Shown here: positions 34,636-48,134 of the stretch, piece after piece | How positions within the stretch are numbered: position 1 is the stretch's first letter | Layout: each line of letters starts with the position of its first letter | NCBI GenBank assembly: GCA_013265495.1 | Contig: MU057560.1 | Coordinates: 508,753-572,752, forward strand | Reading direction: 5' to 3' | Source: Vicugna vicugna | Lineage: Eukaryota | Length of the DNA: 64,000 nt | The notes under the pieces: model-generated | Database searches by the model: none | What the model saw: the letters and a program-made list of their open reading frames with translations, nothing else | What the model was told of the DNA's origin: nothing | Made by a program: the position numbers and the translations under genes

Positions 34636-36399
34636 AGACTCATCTTTGGAAAATGTTGTGATCGAATCTAAATCTTGATATGCAGAAGGGAGAATCTGTC
34701 ATTTAATAATCTCTTCTTTCTCTCCAAAGCCTGACTGTCAAAACAATGTAAGCTCACCGAGGCTTGGTCTCACACAGAAGCCTCTCCCCCTGCTCTGGGG
34801 CCACAAGCCTCGCGGCTCTGCCTTAGAAGTGACAGCCACGAGGGAGCATCGTTTCCGGGGGAAATGGGAGCCTGTGGATGTAACAGCCTCGCACGCTTTC
34901 CTGGGATTCCGCACGTCTTTACACCGAGGATTCCGCCAGCATGCATACCCTCATTTTGACCTTCGAAGGTGCCTTTGGTTCTCCTGGAAGAAGCGCACAG
35001 CCGTGGGAGTCAGGTTCCAGGTTTTCTTTAATCGTTTTTGCTCCCTGAGCAACTCTGACGCGTCCCTGTCTCCCACCAGCAAGACGCTGCTATCTGGAGG
35101 CAGAGCGAACGCAGGGGCTGCTCCCCGTCCCTCTGCTGAGTGAACGCATACAGGAAATCAGGAAAGGCTTCTTGCAGACCCTCACTGTGCTTGCCTCGGG
35201 GTCCAAAGCGGCCCGGGTGGAGTAGGGGTCAGTCCACTGCAATCAAACTAACTTTTGCACTTGGAAGAAGAGCAGAGACGGTCCCTTGGCCATTTGGGAT
35301 GCTCCAACGTGAACTTTCACTCCGGGTGGCCACTCGGCAGCGAGGTGCCCAGCGGGCTTTGATGCTGTCTGTCCGGGATTCAGCAGAGACGTGTGGGTTG
35401 GGTAGAAAGGTTTTAGAATCCGGAAGGTGAAAGTGGAAGTCAAAGTCTTAGATGTCAGTGAGAATATCGAGGAAAAAGGTACAGCGCTGATGAAGGCAGG
35501 CAGTAGGAGGCATTGTGGAAAAGGACAAGTCTGAAGAAGGGGACAAATAGTGAGCGTGGCTGGAAAGCTGCTCCAGGAAGAACCACCCATGGGGGAGGGA
35601 GGACGTCCCAGAGACAGGGCGGCGCTGAGTCTGGGTGTGTCGTGGGCACTTGCTGGGAGTGGGGAAGGGGCGGGCTGGGCTCGGACACATCCAAGGGCCT
35701 ACAGGAGGGCCTGGGCCAGCAGGCGTGAGCCCCGCTCACCTGCACGGGGCTGGGGGAGCCATGGGGGAGCAAGACGTAGCCCCTCCCCCTGGAGAACGTT
35801 CTTCGCAAACCATCCTAACCTGGAAGCATGTGTGTGCCTTTGTGTGTGTGTGAAAGCGTGTGCCTGTGTGCCTGTGTGACTTGTGAAACTGGATTCTTGA
35901 TTTCAAACCTTGTTGCCTCAGAGAGTGGCCCAGACTCTTGACTGGACATAAATAGGCCCCACCTGAGCGTGTCTCTGTTCCTTTCCTGAATTTCACAACC
36001 ATCTTGTATGTCATTTAAAAAGTCAGGTTTTTTTTTTGTTTTTTGGGGGGGTTGGCAGTTTTCTCTTCCTCTCTCTCTCTGTCTGTCTCTCCAGCCACCA
36101 AATTAGACCCCACCCTGCGAGACGGTGGACACCTTTGGTTGTCTGTAAATAATCGTAAGTTCTCAGTCTCCACAACGATGATCATGGCTCACAATCTGTT
36201 GGAAATGCTACAAGCCATCCCGCTTATTCATTCTGCAAATCTTCCCGTACACCTTGCAATCATAATTTTGTTTTTAAGCTTGCATTTTTCAAAGTGGAAC
36301 TGCGTTTAATCCTCCATTTATCTTCCGGCAGTGGAGGTAAATCTGGGCCTGGCAATCTTTTATCTGAATAATTAACCGCGTTTGATAAAAATGCCCCCT

Positions 36400-37060
36400 C
36401 AGCTCCTGAGACCCAGCGAGCTAGGGGCTGATGACGGAAGGGCCGCACAGTGGCAGAGCGAGGGCGTCCGCGGGCCAGAGCCTGCGGCCGGGACCGGTGA
36501 CAGGTGACGCCGAGGCCACTGTGCAGACGAAGGGGTGCGTCCGGCGCGCTCGCGAGCGGGCCAGGCGGCCGGGGAAGCGCGCAGGGGCAGGAGTCTGACC
36601 TTGAGCTGCCGGCTTTCCCCGGGCGCGGGGACCCGCCTCCTGCTGCTCCGCTTGCAGATTCTGGGACACGGTCGTTTCTCCACGCAGCCCAGACGAGGAG
36701 CTCTGACTCGCACCTACCCTGCATCCTGCACAAATCCATAGAAACCTCAGCATCCCCAACCTTCCTAGTGGTGGGACAGGGTCCCCGGAGCGGCCCCGAG
36801 GCCGGGCGCCCTGAGCCGCAGCGGGCTCTGGGGTTCTGGGGACGGCGGGCTCCCGCAGGAGGCGGGGGGACCAGCACACGCGGGGCCTCTCCAGGAACCG
36901 CAGCAGCGGCGCTGTGAGGAGAGGGGCCGAGGGGTGCGGAGCCGGGCACCAGGGCAGTGCTGGCGGCAGCAGGATTTCCAGGAGGGTGGACAGGCGAACC
37001 ATGCCCACTCCAGGCCCCCGTGGAGGGAGCCGGCCTGCAGCGCGGGTCAGCACCCAGCCA
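36400..37060. promoter_or_regulatory. CpG island
   Basis: Very CpG-dense. Contains the palindrome CGCTCGCGAGCG at 36547-36558. Confidence 0.7.
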
Positions 37061-39364
37061 TCTGAGAAGGCAACCCTCACAGGGACACCAAACAGAACGG
37101 GCCTGTGCAGAGAGGGCCACAGAGCCGTGTCCCGGGCCCTGATCATCTACCACGTGCTGCTGCGGGAAACACTCTCTTCTGCTGGGGGAAGGTCGGGTGC
37201 CCCAGCTTCCAGGCACAGGGGCAGTGTGGGGGTCGAAACGGAGATGAGGTCGAGTCCGGCAGCTCCAACCTCCTGCCTCACCCAGGAGTCCGGCAGGGCA
37301 CTTTGATATTCTCGGAATGAATGCTATTTTTGACCTTCTTCCTTTGATAAATGGAATCGCTTGGTTCACACACTTTAATGTGGTTTTCACAGAATTTATC
37401 AGAGCAAGGAAAAAAGAGAAGGCACGAGGGAGTCTGGGGCCGCCTCGCTAGCCCATCCCCCTGGGCCACAGCAGAACCCGGGCCCATCCATGCGAAGTCC
37501 CTCTGTCGCTTGTCGGTTTGGCCAGCAGACAAGCTCAGGAAGAGGGGCTTAATTAAAGAGCCTGTAATGGCGTCTAAAAGACCTTGGACTGCCCCTGCAT
37601 GGGCCCCTCACCCCTTCCTCAGAATCTTTTTAACTCTTTTCACGGTGGCATTGTCCTCACGGCAGCCCAAAGCAATGAGGCCGGGGCTGTGACTTCCCTT
37701 GTGGACAAACGGCCAGGCCGAGGTGCTGCGGGGCGACAGGCCCCTCTGCGGTGACTTGGAACCTGAACTGGCTCTCAGGGCTGGGGCCTCAGCTGCTGCC
37801 TGCTGGCCCCTCTAATTGTCACCAGGTCCCAGCCTTCTGGTCACTGTCCACCCTGCCATCTATGCCGACTGTGTTCCCTCCAGGCTCATGCTGGCAGGAT
37901 TCCCTTTTGTTTCACTGGAGATCTTACGTCTGTGCACCTACAGACGGTGGGGGGGGGCTGTCCATCTGCTTGTGTGGGTCTGCGGGGCCGTCTGCTCCAG
38001 GGAGCACCACCTGGATGACAGGCTCCCCCCAGGGCCGCTGCCAATGTGGGCATCCATGTGGGGTCTCATGGGAAGTATGGGATGCGGTGCTGGAGGAGTC
38101 TGGAGTCAGCCTGCTCCTGCGAGGGGTGCGTGCGGAACTTGAGGGTCCAGGAGGTGAGGGAATTTGAGGCCCAGCCAGAACGTAAGCTGAGGAATGCTGA
38201 TTCCCAGTGTATGAAATGGGAGAGAGGACCTGAGGCTTCTGAGGGGCGGGCCCTCCTGACCTCCCGACCAGAAGAGCGGAGACCTGGGAGCTGGAGGGGC
38301 AGGGACGCCCCAGCGGGAGGAGGCCTGACATCAGAGCAGCCGCGGGAGAGGCGGAGGCCCGGCCACCCTGCACCCGAGGACGGGGATGATGCCGGACCTC
38401 AAAATCCTCTAGAGAGTGAAGCACGGAGAGAAGGGCCTCTGTCTCCCCAGAGGAGGATCTTGAAGTGGGTCCAGGTGGGCTTGGTGGGGGGTGAAAAACG
38501 CACATTTCCCTCTGGGCAACGTCACCGCGGCCCCTGCTGGATGCTCCTTCCACATCACTCTAACGACTTCAGGATCAGCTATGACACAGCCTCTGTTTGG
38601 AGCCGAAACCCAGAGGGGATATGATGTATCAAAGGCTGCAGAAGTAATTCATTGTAGCGCTCAGACCACATAGCATCTCCTTATTTAAAGTGTTGCAAAT
38701 ATTTCGAATGAGCATGTTTCTAGCATTTTGGAACTTTTCTGTCTTTAATTTGGAATGCGCTCAGTTTAGAAAAATATTAAGTGCAATGTATACACTGATA
38801 TCCACCCACAAGACAAGTAATAATTCCTATTTCTTTATTAAGCTCCAATGGTGAGGCGTGTGTTTTCCCGAAACTGCATCCTACACTTTGACCCAGAAGG
38901 TGGGAACTGTTGCTCCGGTTCTGCAGGTAAGAAGAGTCTCAGCAAGGAGCCTGCCATAGCAAAGCAGGCGGCAGAGGTGGCGCTCAAGCAGACAGGGAGT
39001 CGGGGTGGGCGCCCGGTCTGCCCGACTCCGCAGCCGGTGCCACGCACGTCCCCAGCACCAAGGGCTCCCTGAGGGATGGGGCTTGTGTTTAACAAAAGCG
39101 AAACCCCACAGAATCATTCAACAGATTTTGCTTTCTTAATCTAAGGAAGGAAGGAGGAAAGTGGGGAACGTGGGACATGTACGAACAAAACAGGGGAATG
39201 TTATTAAACCAAGCTTTCTTTCGGCCCCAACACGAATCCTTCAGCAGGATTCCCCGGTCGGCGGGTCCTGTTGAAGTGGGAGGAGGGGCTGCTTCCTGGG
39301 TCAGTGCACAGCCCTGGCGGCCAGACCGATTCGAGTCCCCCCGCACGGCTGGGGACGCCTACAT

Positions 39365-39410
39365 GCACACACTCTCACTCACACACTCACACACACACAC
39401 AGACACACAC
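39365..39410. repeat. Imperfect (CA)n microsatellite
   Basis: Read directly. Similar tracts at about 30513-30537, 35830-35877, 39765-39806 and 42284-42333. Confidence 0.85.
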
Positions 39411-39864
39411 TCTTACACCAGGGGTTGGCTGGGCTGTTAGTCCAGCCATCAGTTGAATCTGACCTCGTAGGAGCGTCAAAGGGCGAGCACGGGACAACCT
39501 GATTTCCAGGAAGAAATAAAAGTCCGCTGAATTTGCGCTTCCTGCCTTTCCCAGCCGTCCCCATGTTCACCGCCACGCAGGGCCTCCTATCTATGCAGAT
39601 AAACGGAGTCAGAGGAAAGCTTCCGTCTAAGGCTGTATTATCTGGAATGCCCTGCGTGGTTCCCTGGAAGCATTTTCACTCGTGACCACCCCAGCTCCCA
39701 CCAGAAACACACAAGGCAAGTGGAGTTCTCGCAAAACAGGCTGTCAGGGTGGATTTACATGTGTGCACACACGCACACACACGCACACACACGCACACAC
39801 ACGCACAGGGTGGGGCAGGGCTCCTAGTTTGCCTCCACCAATAAACATCAGTGTTCCCCATGGT

Positions 39865-40010
39865 GGTTTGATAGGAGATAAGGCTTTGCACTAATTATAA
39901 AATGCAGTGTATCTGCAAATCAGCAATATTTCAATAAAAGGTGGCGTAAATTTGCATATGCTGATAAGCACTGCTTTTCTGAGCAGCAGTGGCAATGCTG
40001 AATTTTTCGC
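39865..40010. promoter_or_regulatory. Candidate enhancer (octamer, GATA and MAF motif cluster)
   Basis: ATTTGCAT 39950-39957, AGATAA 39876-39881, TGATAA 39962-39967, TGCTGA/TCAGCA at 39920, 39959 and 39996. Confidence 0.5.
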
Positions 40011-43000
40011 TCCCTCGTTCAGCCTTTGTTGAACAGCGGCCCTCTGCTCGTAGCCACTGACGTTCCATCGTGCACTCCTGCTGTTGCACGTGTAGGTGTG
40101 GTATGTGATCTTCTCTTTTGAGGATTTTGGCACTGAAAGAATCACTCTGTTGAGAAAATGTGGGGGAAGAAAATTCTGTTTCCTCTAGAGTCAACCCATT
40201 TGGAAGCAGGAGCGAAGTTCCCGCAAGACCCAATGTTGTTTTAGCTCAAATGTCCTTTGTGAGATAAAGCTCCAAGGATGGAAATGAGCTGCCTCTGTCC
40301 TGAGAATCTTCCCAAGCGCATTCTTTCAAAGGGATTGTCCAGGCCGCGCTGGGACCACGACAATGCAGACACGCACGGCTGGCTCAATAGAGAGGCTTAC
40401 AAAACCTGCTGCCGGCCTTCTGAGGGAGACCCTCTTCTTGGGGGCTCAGGGCCGGGGAGACAGGCCAGGAGCCCAGGACCATTCAGAGCAGCACAGGACC
40501 GTGCTTTTCCAGATGAAGACCCGAGAGCGTTGAAAATGCAGAGAATTTACAAACTGTGTTTGTCCGAGGGATGGGGGAACGGGGAGGAAGAGGGCAGTTA
40601 CCTTCCCCCCGGAATCTCTTCTCGGGAGGCCACCCTAGAAAGCCCTTCCTCCAGACACTGGGGTGGCGCTCATTACCCATAACCCTTTATTCCTGGAAAA
40701 TAAAAACCAGGCAGGTAGCAAATTTCAAGATGAAAAAGAAAATTAGCTGAGTAGGCGAAGAGCCGGCAGGGGGTGGGGTGGGGGAAGGGGATGGGGCGGC
40801 TGCATGGGTGTCCCCCACCAGCCCCGGGTGTGGTCCCTCTCTCTGCTTTGAGCAGCCCGGCCATCTCTCGGAGAGCTGAGTCGACTAGAGACCACCCTTT
40901 GTGACAGTGGTGCTGTCAGCACCGTGGCTGTGATTTATGCACAGAAACCCTGCAGCACAGGCTGACTACATTACAGCTCACAACGCAGGGCTTCTAGAGC
41001 ACACGCCCCTCTGGGTTTCCCACTTTTATCAACATTAAGATCGGGTCTGGGAAAATCTAGTGCACGTGGTATTTGATCTGAAAAGAATAAAACATTTCCA
41101 CATGTTTCTGTGTAGTTTTGAAGCAGAGAGAGCAACACCACCACATTACATCGAGTTGAGTCAAGAGGCAAAGCCAACGTGATTCCTCTAAAAAAAAAAA
41201 AAGAAAAGCAACCAGAAAGGGTTTTTCCCTGAGACATTCATGGGGACGCTGGGCAGTCAACTTCATCTGAATAAAAGCACACTGAGTCAGCGCCACGGGC
41301 ACAGGGGACATCACCACACAGGGCGACACGTGCTGGGAGGGGACTTGGGGTTGCTGCGCACTTCTCACTCAGACAGCATCTTGCCCTGTGGACGGACCCG
41401 GGATGCGGCTTCCCTCGACCCGTTTAGGACCATCTCCACAGACAAGATGGGGGGTGCTGGGAAGGACACCTGGGCTCCTGCCACCCGCTGGACCTGCAGG
41501 CTCATGCCTCCCCCCTTGGCCGCAGATAATTCCTCACCCTCCTTCAGCTGCGCCAGGAGGAGACAGACAGGGAAGTGTGGGGAAAGCACACGTGGCAACA
41601 AAGCCCGTTTGACAGAGCGGAGACCTTGCAGAGAACGGGAGCGCCTATTCAGAGCATCACCGTGCAGGGACCTTCACGGGCTCTTGGCGCTCTGGGAGAC
41701 TTTTTCAATGTATACACTCTCCATGTGGGGCTGAATCATTCCCTGGCTAGCCACCTCTCTCCCCCACTCCCAGCTCTCTCCAGATACATGGTTCTATGAA
41801 AAATCTATGCCAGCATCTGGGGAACACGAGGACCTACTGGTAGCCGGCTCTGTGAGCAGAGGGCCTGGAGGCATCACCCTCCGCTCCCCTCTGCAGCCCC
41901 CGCATCTGCACACCTGTCCTCTGGATCCTGAGCAAAAAGCTTTGCCTTCCGGGGGGCCGGGAAGACAGGGCCTGGGAAGGCCCCGGGATTCGCTGCGCAA
42001 GGGCACAGCTCTCCTTCCCCTCCTGGGGGCGCAGTAAGAGAGCCCAGGCCTGACTCCTGGCATAGCCTCTGCCCCCCGGGCTGAGCCTGCTGTCGGCCAC
42101 GTCAGGGGGGGGCAGCAGGGCATGGAGGGGTGTGTGCGTGCATGTCTAAAGAATATGAATTCACACTGAAATCCTCGGGAACATTTACCAGCCGTGAAGT
42201 GTCTGTTCCCAACTAGGACTGACTTGAGCATCAATAAAATGTTTCTGTAGCTGGATCTGCCCTCCTCTTTCACACACTCCCTGACACACACACACACACG
42301 CACACACACACCCACGGGCACACACAGGCACACACCTAGGTGCTAAAACTAACCTACGACCCCAGGAAAAGCTGACCTTGAGGAGTGTACTCTCCAATTC
42401 AAATTAAAGCTCAACCCAGGAGGCTATGCGGCGGCCCCCTCAGCATGTCCTCAGGCCTTAGACGGCCACGGACACTTACGTCGCCGTCCTTGGACTTGGA
42501 TAAGGTGCCATAAGATCAGCAGCTTGGGAGACAAAGTGGTTCGGCTGCCCTGGGGTCTGCACGGCAGGCTTCGTGGGTTTTGGTCACACCCGTACCTCTC
42601 AGTGCAGACCTCCTGGGAGGTGACATGCATACTACTCTCTGTTAAGGACCCAGAGGGCAGGCGTGCCAGACAGGGGGTTGCCAAAGGGGCCGAAGGGGGC
42701 AGTGTCATCAAAACTTGGTGGAAAAACCCATCTGGGCCGAGTGAGTGGAGGTCATGTGGGCGGCGGGACCTGGACACTGGGTCCACCTCCACCAGCACCT
42801 GGGGGGCTGGGTATCCACACTTCCCTTCTTTACAGCATCTTCCCTCCCAAAGCCCCGCAGGGAGAGCACCCTCAGGACACTCCCCGCGTCCCCCTCTTTC
42901 TCTGATTCGGCTCTGTCCAGGAAAGAAGGGACTCTCAGGACATAGACAGCCAACACAGAGACACTGGCCAAACTACTGAAGTGAAAACAGTCCTGTCGAA

Positions 43001-44765
43001 GGATAACGGATCCAGTACGGGCCTCTCATTAACGCCAACACACTCCTACAAAGTGTACGTCTGCGGAGCACGCAGGAACAAGAGACGTCAGCAGAGAGAC
43101 AGTCGCCTCCTGGCGGTGTGGTCGTTAGTTAATTCTGTTTGGCTTGCCACACTTTTTTTTTCCCCTAAACAAAGGCAAGGAATTGTTACTGCTTCCACGA
43201 TCATCAGAGTATTAACTTCAAGAAAGCAGACGATTTGAACGAAAGCAAATACATCGCTTCAAGTTCCACTCAAGCGACATGGCTCTCAGGGGGTTCCTTA
43301 CCTTCATATCTTATTTATTCTAATTTTTAACCTGATCCCTCTTTTGGGCTGGAGAGGACCCTGTGGTCTGGACTGCTAGACGACTCCCAGTATTCGTGCC
43401 CCTCTCCTCTCTCGTCATAGCAGGACCCCCAATACTTAGCTGGGCGTGTGGCCAATCGGAACAAGACTGCATCCCCCAGCCCTCCCCCTCCCCCCTGTGG
43501 CTGGGGGTTCTGGGCAACAGGGTGTGAGCAGAAGCGATGGGTGCCACGTGTGTCAGAAGAGGCAGGTCAGTAAGACCGTTCGGTTTTCTCTGAAATTCAA
43601 GGGGAACACTTTATCATTTAAACAAGTCTGCACTGCCGCAGTGTCGGCTCCCAGCCTGCACCAAACCAGCCCTGACTCAGAGCCACACCGTCATCAGATC
43701 CGGCTTCCAGCCGTGGCAGGGCAGGGGGCAGAGGGCATTTGGGCCTCTTGGTCAATCACTTCCTGCATCTTGGGGCCTGATGGGCAAACCTAATCTCTTA
43801 CACACCCCAAAGGGCTCTAGTCTCTGAGACTCCTGCAGTTGGCCGCCATTGTCCAGGAATTCCTTTGCTTCCAGGTTACTACTCAGAATCTTCGTTGCTG
43901 GGTCAGCCTCCCACAGAATACCCATCTCTGCTTCCCCAGCGCCACCCCCCAAAGCCCCTACAAACCATGCGAGACTGAAGGGTGTGCTCTCCAAAGCTCT
44001 GGGAGCTCGTCTCTGAGTGGATTTCCCCACTCGGGCTCCAGGCAAGGGAATCTGTTTCTGTACTCGCCTCCGCCTCAAGCCTCCTCTTCCAAAGCCTTTG
44101 CACACGTGTGCAAGGAAACCGCGAGTAACAGTGGCCTCTCTGCTGTCAGCGGCGCTGAGAGGCCGGCTCCTGGGCGCCCACACTGGCTTCTCTGGAACAC
44201 CTCTTTGCTGCAGAGATTGGTCCTGCCTGCCGCAGCTAGTGAGCGGTGTCAAGGCCTCCTGCCTCGCTTTGTTTCCTCCCCTCTCCCTCCCTTTGACACC
44301 CCCACTGGTTGAGGATACTTACAGGGTTTAAATCCAGTTGTGCTGGACACCCCCAGCTTTGCTCCCACCACACCCACCCTACTGAGGCCCAAGCCATCCC
44401 TCCGTTGTCACAGCTCCCTGCCCAGAGCCTTGATGTCATGTTTCTGCTCTCAGAAAAACACAGAACCATCGCCCCCTGGGTATTTAGGTGGGTGACCTGT
44501 GCTGTTTCTCTGACTGGCAGCATGCTCAAAGCCTGCTTTAAATTATCCAGGCATCTTCTCCGCACAGTCATTGAAGAGGAAGTCTCCCCAGGTCCACAAA
44601 CACCTGGGACCCAAACAAACAGCAGCATCTGCGAGACTCCATCAACTGACTCTTCTCTTGGCCTCAGAGGCTGACCATTGATTCAGCTTCATGGTGGGAT
44701 GCCAGGTAAAGCTCAGATGTCTCTGTTTTTAGCCCAGGAGTGTCAGCCTTAGAAAACACGATGGG

Positions 44766-45909
44766 GCTTCTGCTCAGCAAAAGAAACAATCAACAGAGTG
44801 AAAGGCAGGCTATGGAATGGGGAAACATGTGTAAGTCACCGGTCTTATAAAGGGTTCACATCCAAAATATATTAGGGATTACTACACATCAATATACAAA
44901 AAAAAGAAAAAAAATCACACAAGTAATCCAATTAAAAATGGGCAAAGGACCCGAATGGACATTTATCAGAGGAAGATACATAAATGGCCAGCAAGTACGT
45001 GAAGAGATTCTCCCCGTCACTAATCGTCAGAGAAATGCACATCGAAGCCCCAGTGAGAGACGACCTCACACCTGTCAGGACGGCAGTCATCAAAGAGGCA
45101 CAAGATGAACGTCGGTGAGGGTGTGGAGGAGGAGGAGCCCGGCGCGCTGCGGGCGGGAAGGAAACTGGTGCAGCCACTGTGGGACACAGCACGGCAGCTC
45201 CTCAGAAAACTGAAACTTCCACTGCCTTGTGGTCCAGCGCCCCCTCTTCTGTGTGCAGAGCCAAACAAAATGAAGTCAGATCTCAAGAGAGACCCGCGCC
45301 CCCATGTTCACTGCAGCATCATTCACAGCAGCCAAGACATGGAGACACCCTGAGTGTTCATCAAGGAATGGGAGGTTACAGATGAGGTCATATAAATACT
45401 CAGCCTTTAAAAAGAAGGAAACTCTGTCACGAGACAACCTGGATGAAACTGGAGAAAATTATGCTAAATGAAATAAACCAGATACAGAAAGACAGCCACT
45501 GCCTGGTCTCACCTACGTGCGGACCCTGAGAGTCAGACTCACAGAAGCAGAGAGCAGAACAGCGGTTGCCAACAGCTGGGCAGGGGAGCGGAAATGCGAC
45601 GCTGGTCACAGGGTATGAACTTTCAGGTATGAGGTGAGTGGGTTCTGGGGTCTCATGTGCCGCCTGGTGACTCTAGTTAACAATACCGTGTTGTGTCCTT
45701 GACACTTGGTAAGAGGTTAGGGGTGAAGTGTCCTTCCTCCACACGCACAAAAAATGCGACTGTGTGGAGCAAGATATATAATGAGCTTGACTGTGGTGCT
45801 TAGTTCATATTGCATGTGTAAATCACAGCATCAGGCTGTACACCTTCTGTGTAAAAATAGACAGTTTTTATTTGTCAATTATACCTCCATAAAGCTGCAA
45901 AAATAAAAA
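44766..45909 (+). mobile_element. Old L1 (L1MA-like) ORF2 3' end and 3' UTR
   Basis: GCTTCTGCTCAGCAAAAGAAACAATCAACAGAGTG, CCAATTAAAAATGGGCAAAGGAC, CCCATGTTCACTGCAGCA, and the terminus TTTATTTGTCAATTATACCTCCATAAAGCTG followed by an A-rich tail. Confidence 0.92.
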
Positions 45910-48052
45910 GCCCGAAACTGATTTTGGTCAAGCAATCACTTCCATTCTGGCAAGGGGGTCACAGCCTGGAGCGCCCTTGGCACCTGTCCTTTGTCCCTGC
46001 CCCCAGCATTCTGCAGCCCCTGTGCCGGTCCCACTCCGAAGGCAGCTGCAGGTTCCCTGCTGAGACAGATCATAACATCGCCCCCTGCGTCCCTGCTTCT
46101 CGGAGGAAATTCATTTCACCAGCAAACTCTATAGAACTTTAGATCCCAACAGAACTAGCATATGCTGTTATTTCTCCAAATGAAATAAAACCTGATCCAA
46201 ATTTCTCTTCAACCTGCTGGCTGCAAATTAATCATGTTTTGAGCCATTCCTCCTGGACTTGAACAAAATCCCAGAAGGTTCTATACAGTTCAAACATTCA
46301 AGGACGTGCTCCCTGTTCATCAGCCCCACGTGTGCCCCAGATAAGCTCCCTGGTCACCCCCGGTGCTCCCTTTGAGGTGGGCCGTGTCTGAGCTGAGTCT
46401 GGGGGGTGCTCTGCCAGTTTACCCACGGCAGTGGCTCTGTGTTGAGTATCCTCCCAGTCCTTAACGTCTCTGATGGAACTGGGGTCCCAGGGACTCACGG
46501 GACGGCAGTCACAATGACGTCAACAACAGGGAGTCATCCCACCCTTCGCCCCAAGACACCCTCTGCCCTGGCCTGGCCTGAAAACCCCACATCTCTGCAG
46601 CTTCCTCTGCAGGCCCAGCCAGCACGGCTCCTCTCAGGAGGCCAAGACTCTCAAAGTCAGCTGCCTGGCCTCTTCTGCCTTTGCCCCTATGGCACGATAC
46701 TGTTAGCATCTTGTGGGCAACAGCCCAGAGGCAAGCGAGCACACGGTCTTGGCTGTTTCCTCAGGAAGGAAAAGTGCACGCCTCGGCCAGGGTGACGTCA
46801 GGGGGAGGAGTCGGTCAGCATGGGGCTTTGAGGGAGCCAGGTTGGCCATCTCTTGTCTGGTTGTTCCCCTGTGAGTAGGTGGCACACTCTTAGTTCTTGT
46901 TTTGGCTTCTCACAAACTTTCTCTTCCTTCTGGAGTCTCCCGGTCAGTAAGGTTGCAGGATGAATGAGGTCTGACTCTCCGGAGCTTGCTGGTCACAGGG
47001 GAGAGAGCCCACTCTGCACCCTCGCACTGGGGCCGAATGCCTGATACATCTAGACATCAGCCAAGTTCAGGACAGCGAGGTCCTAGAGCTTAGCCTCAGT
47101 TCTTGTCACCAAGTCACTTTACACCACGGGTGAGAATCGTGCCCAGCGGTGTGTCTAAGCTTTCTCTTTGACAGCTCATGTCTCTTCACACTGGTAAAGG
47201 CCAGCAGACACCCTGAGGACACTATGGGGTGCAATAAGGATGATCAAGCCATGCCAACACGGTTTTGGGTAGCCAGGCAGCCACCGCGCTGCTGAGGGAG
47301 GCCTGGCAGTCATCCCCTCCCAAGACTAGACCTCTTGAGTGGAAACCGGAGACAAGCGTCAGATCCAAAGGAGGCAGCGGAAGTGTCTTTGTACGTGGCA
47401 GCCCGTAGGCTTCCTGATGTGCCAGGGCAGCCCGGCCGTTAACCGTGTTTACTTGCCATCCGCAGTAAGCTCCGTACAGATCATGCCGCACACGTCATTT
47501 TTCCAAGGTCCTCGTTAGCACAGGACGACGGGATCACAATCAGTGGAGTGACGGAGACAGGGCAGAGAGGGGAGCTGCTGAGGGGACCCACATGTGTCCA
47601 CCGGCCCAGCGGGGAGACCCTCTGTGTGTCCACCGCACCGGCTGTAATGAAATCCACGCGCCAGGCTGTGCTCAGCCCCTGCAGGGTGTAGACAGGAACC
47701 TGGGCACCGTCCCCCTCCGGCCGCCCTCCTCTCTGGCCGTGCACATCACCCCCTCACACACTAAGCTGAGGCCCACGATGCCTGGCTGGAATGGAATCCA
47801 CCCGGCAGGACCCCCGTGCACATGTGAAGGTTCTGGAAGGAGCGGCCCCCCCGGGACACGTGCACGGACGGCTCACCGGTTCAGCAGGTACACGTGTCCT
47901 GTGCGCCTACCCAGCCCCGAGTGCTGCGTGGGGTGTTGACACCCAAGGTCAGCTGAGACCCGTCCCCAGTCCGAGGACGTTACCATCAGGGACAAAGACA
48001 TCAGAGACCAGGGGACATTCTAGTCCAACTCATTCACTTTTTCAGTGACTCT

Positions 48053-48134
48053 ATTTTTTATTTTGTGGTGCTGGGGATTGAACCCAGGACCTCATGCATG
48101 CTAAGCACATGCTCTACCACTGAGCTATGCCCAC
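48053..48134 (-). mobile_element. Vic-1-type SINE (short form)
   Basis: GGTGCTGGGGATTGAACCCAGGACCTCATGCATGCTAAGCACATGCTCTACCACTGAGCTATGCCC is the reverse complement of the tRNA-like head, with intact A and B boxes. Confidence 0.9.

Noticed and set aside
36260..37390. 376-aa minus-strand ORF (longest in the track)
   Set aside because: It lies in a CpG island where stop codons are rare, is Pro/Gly/Ala/Arg-biased, has no recognisable domain, and overlaps long ORFs in other frames.
48053..48134. tRNA-like sequence as a real tRNA gene
   Set aside because: It matches the other dispersed SINE copies and carries an A-rich tail, so it is a SINE head.
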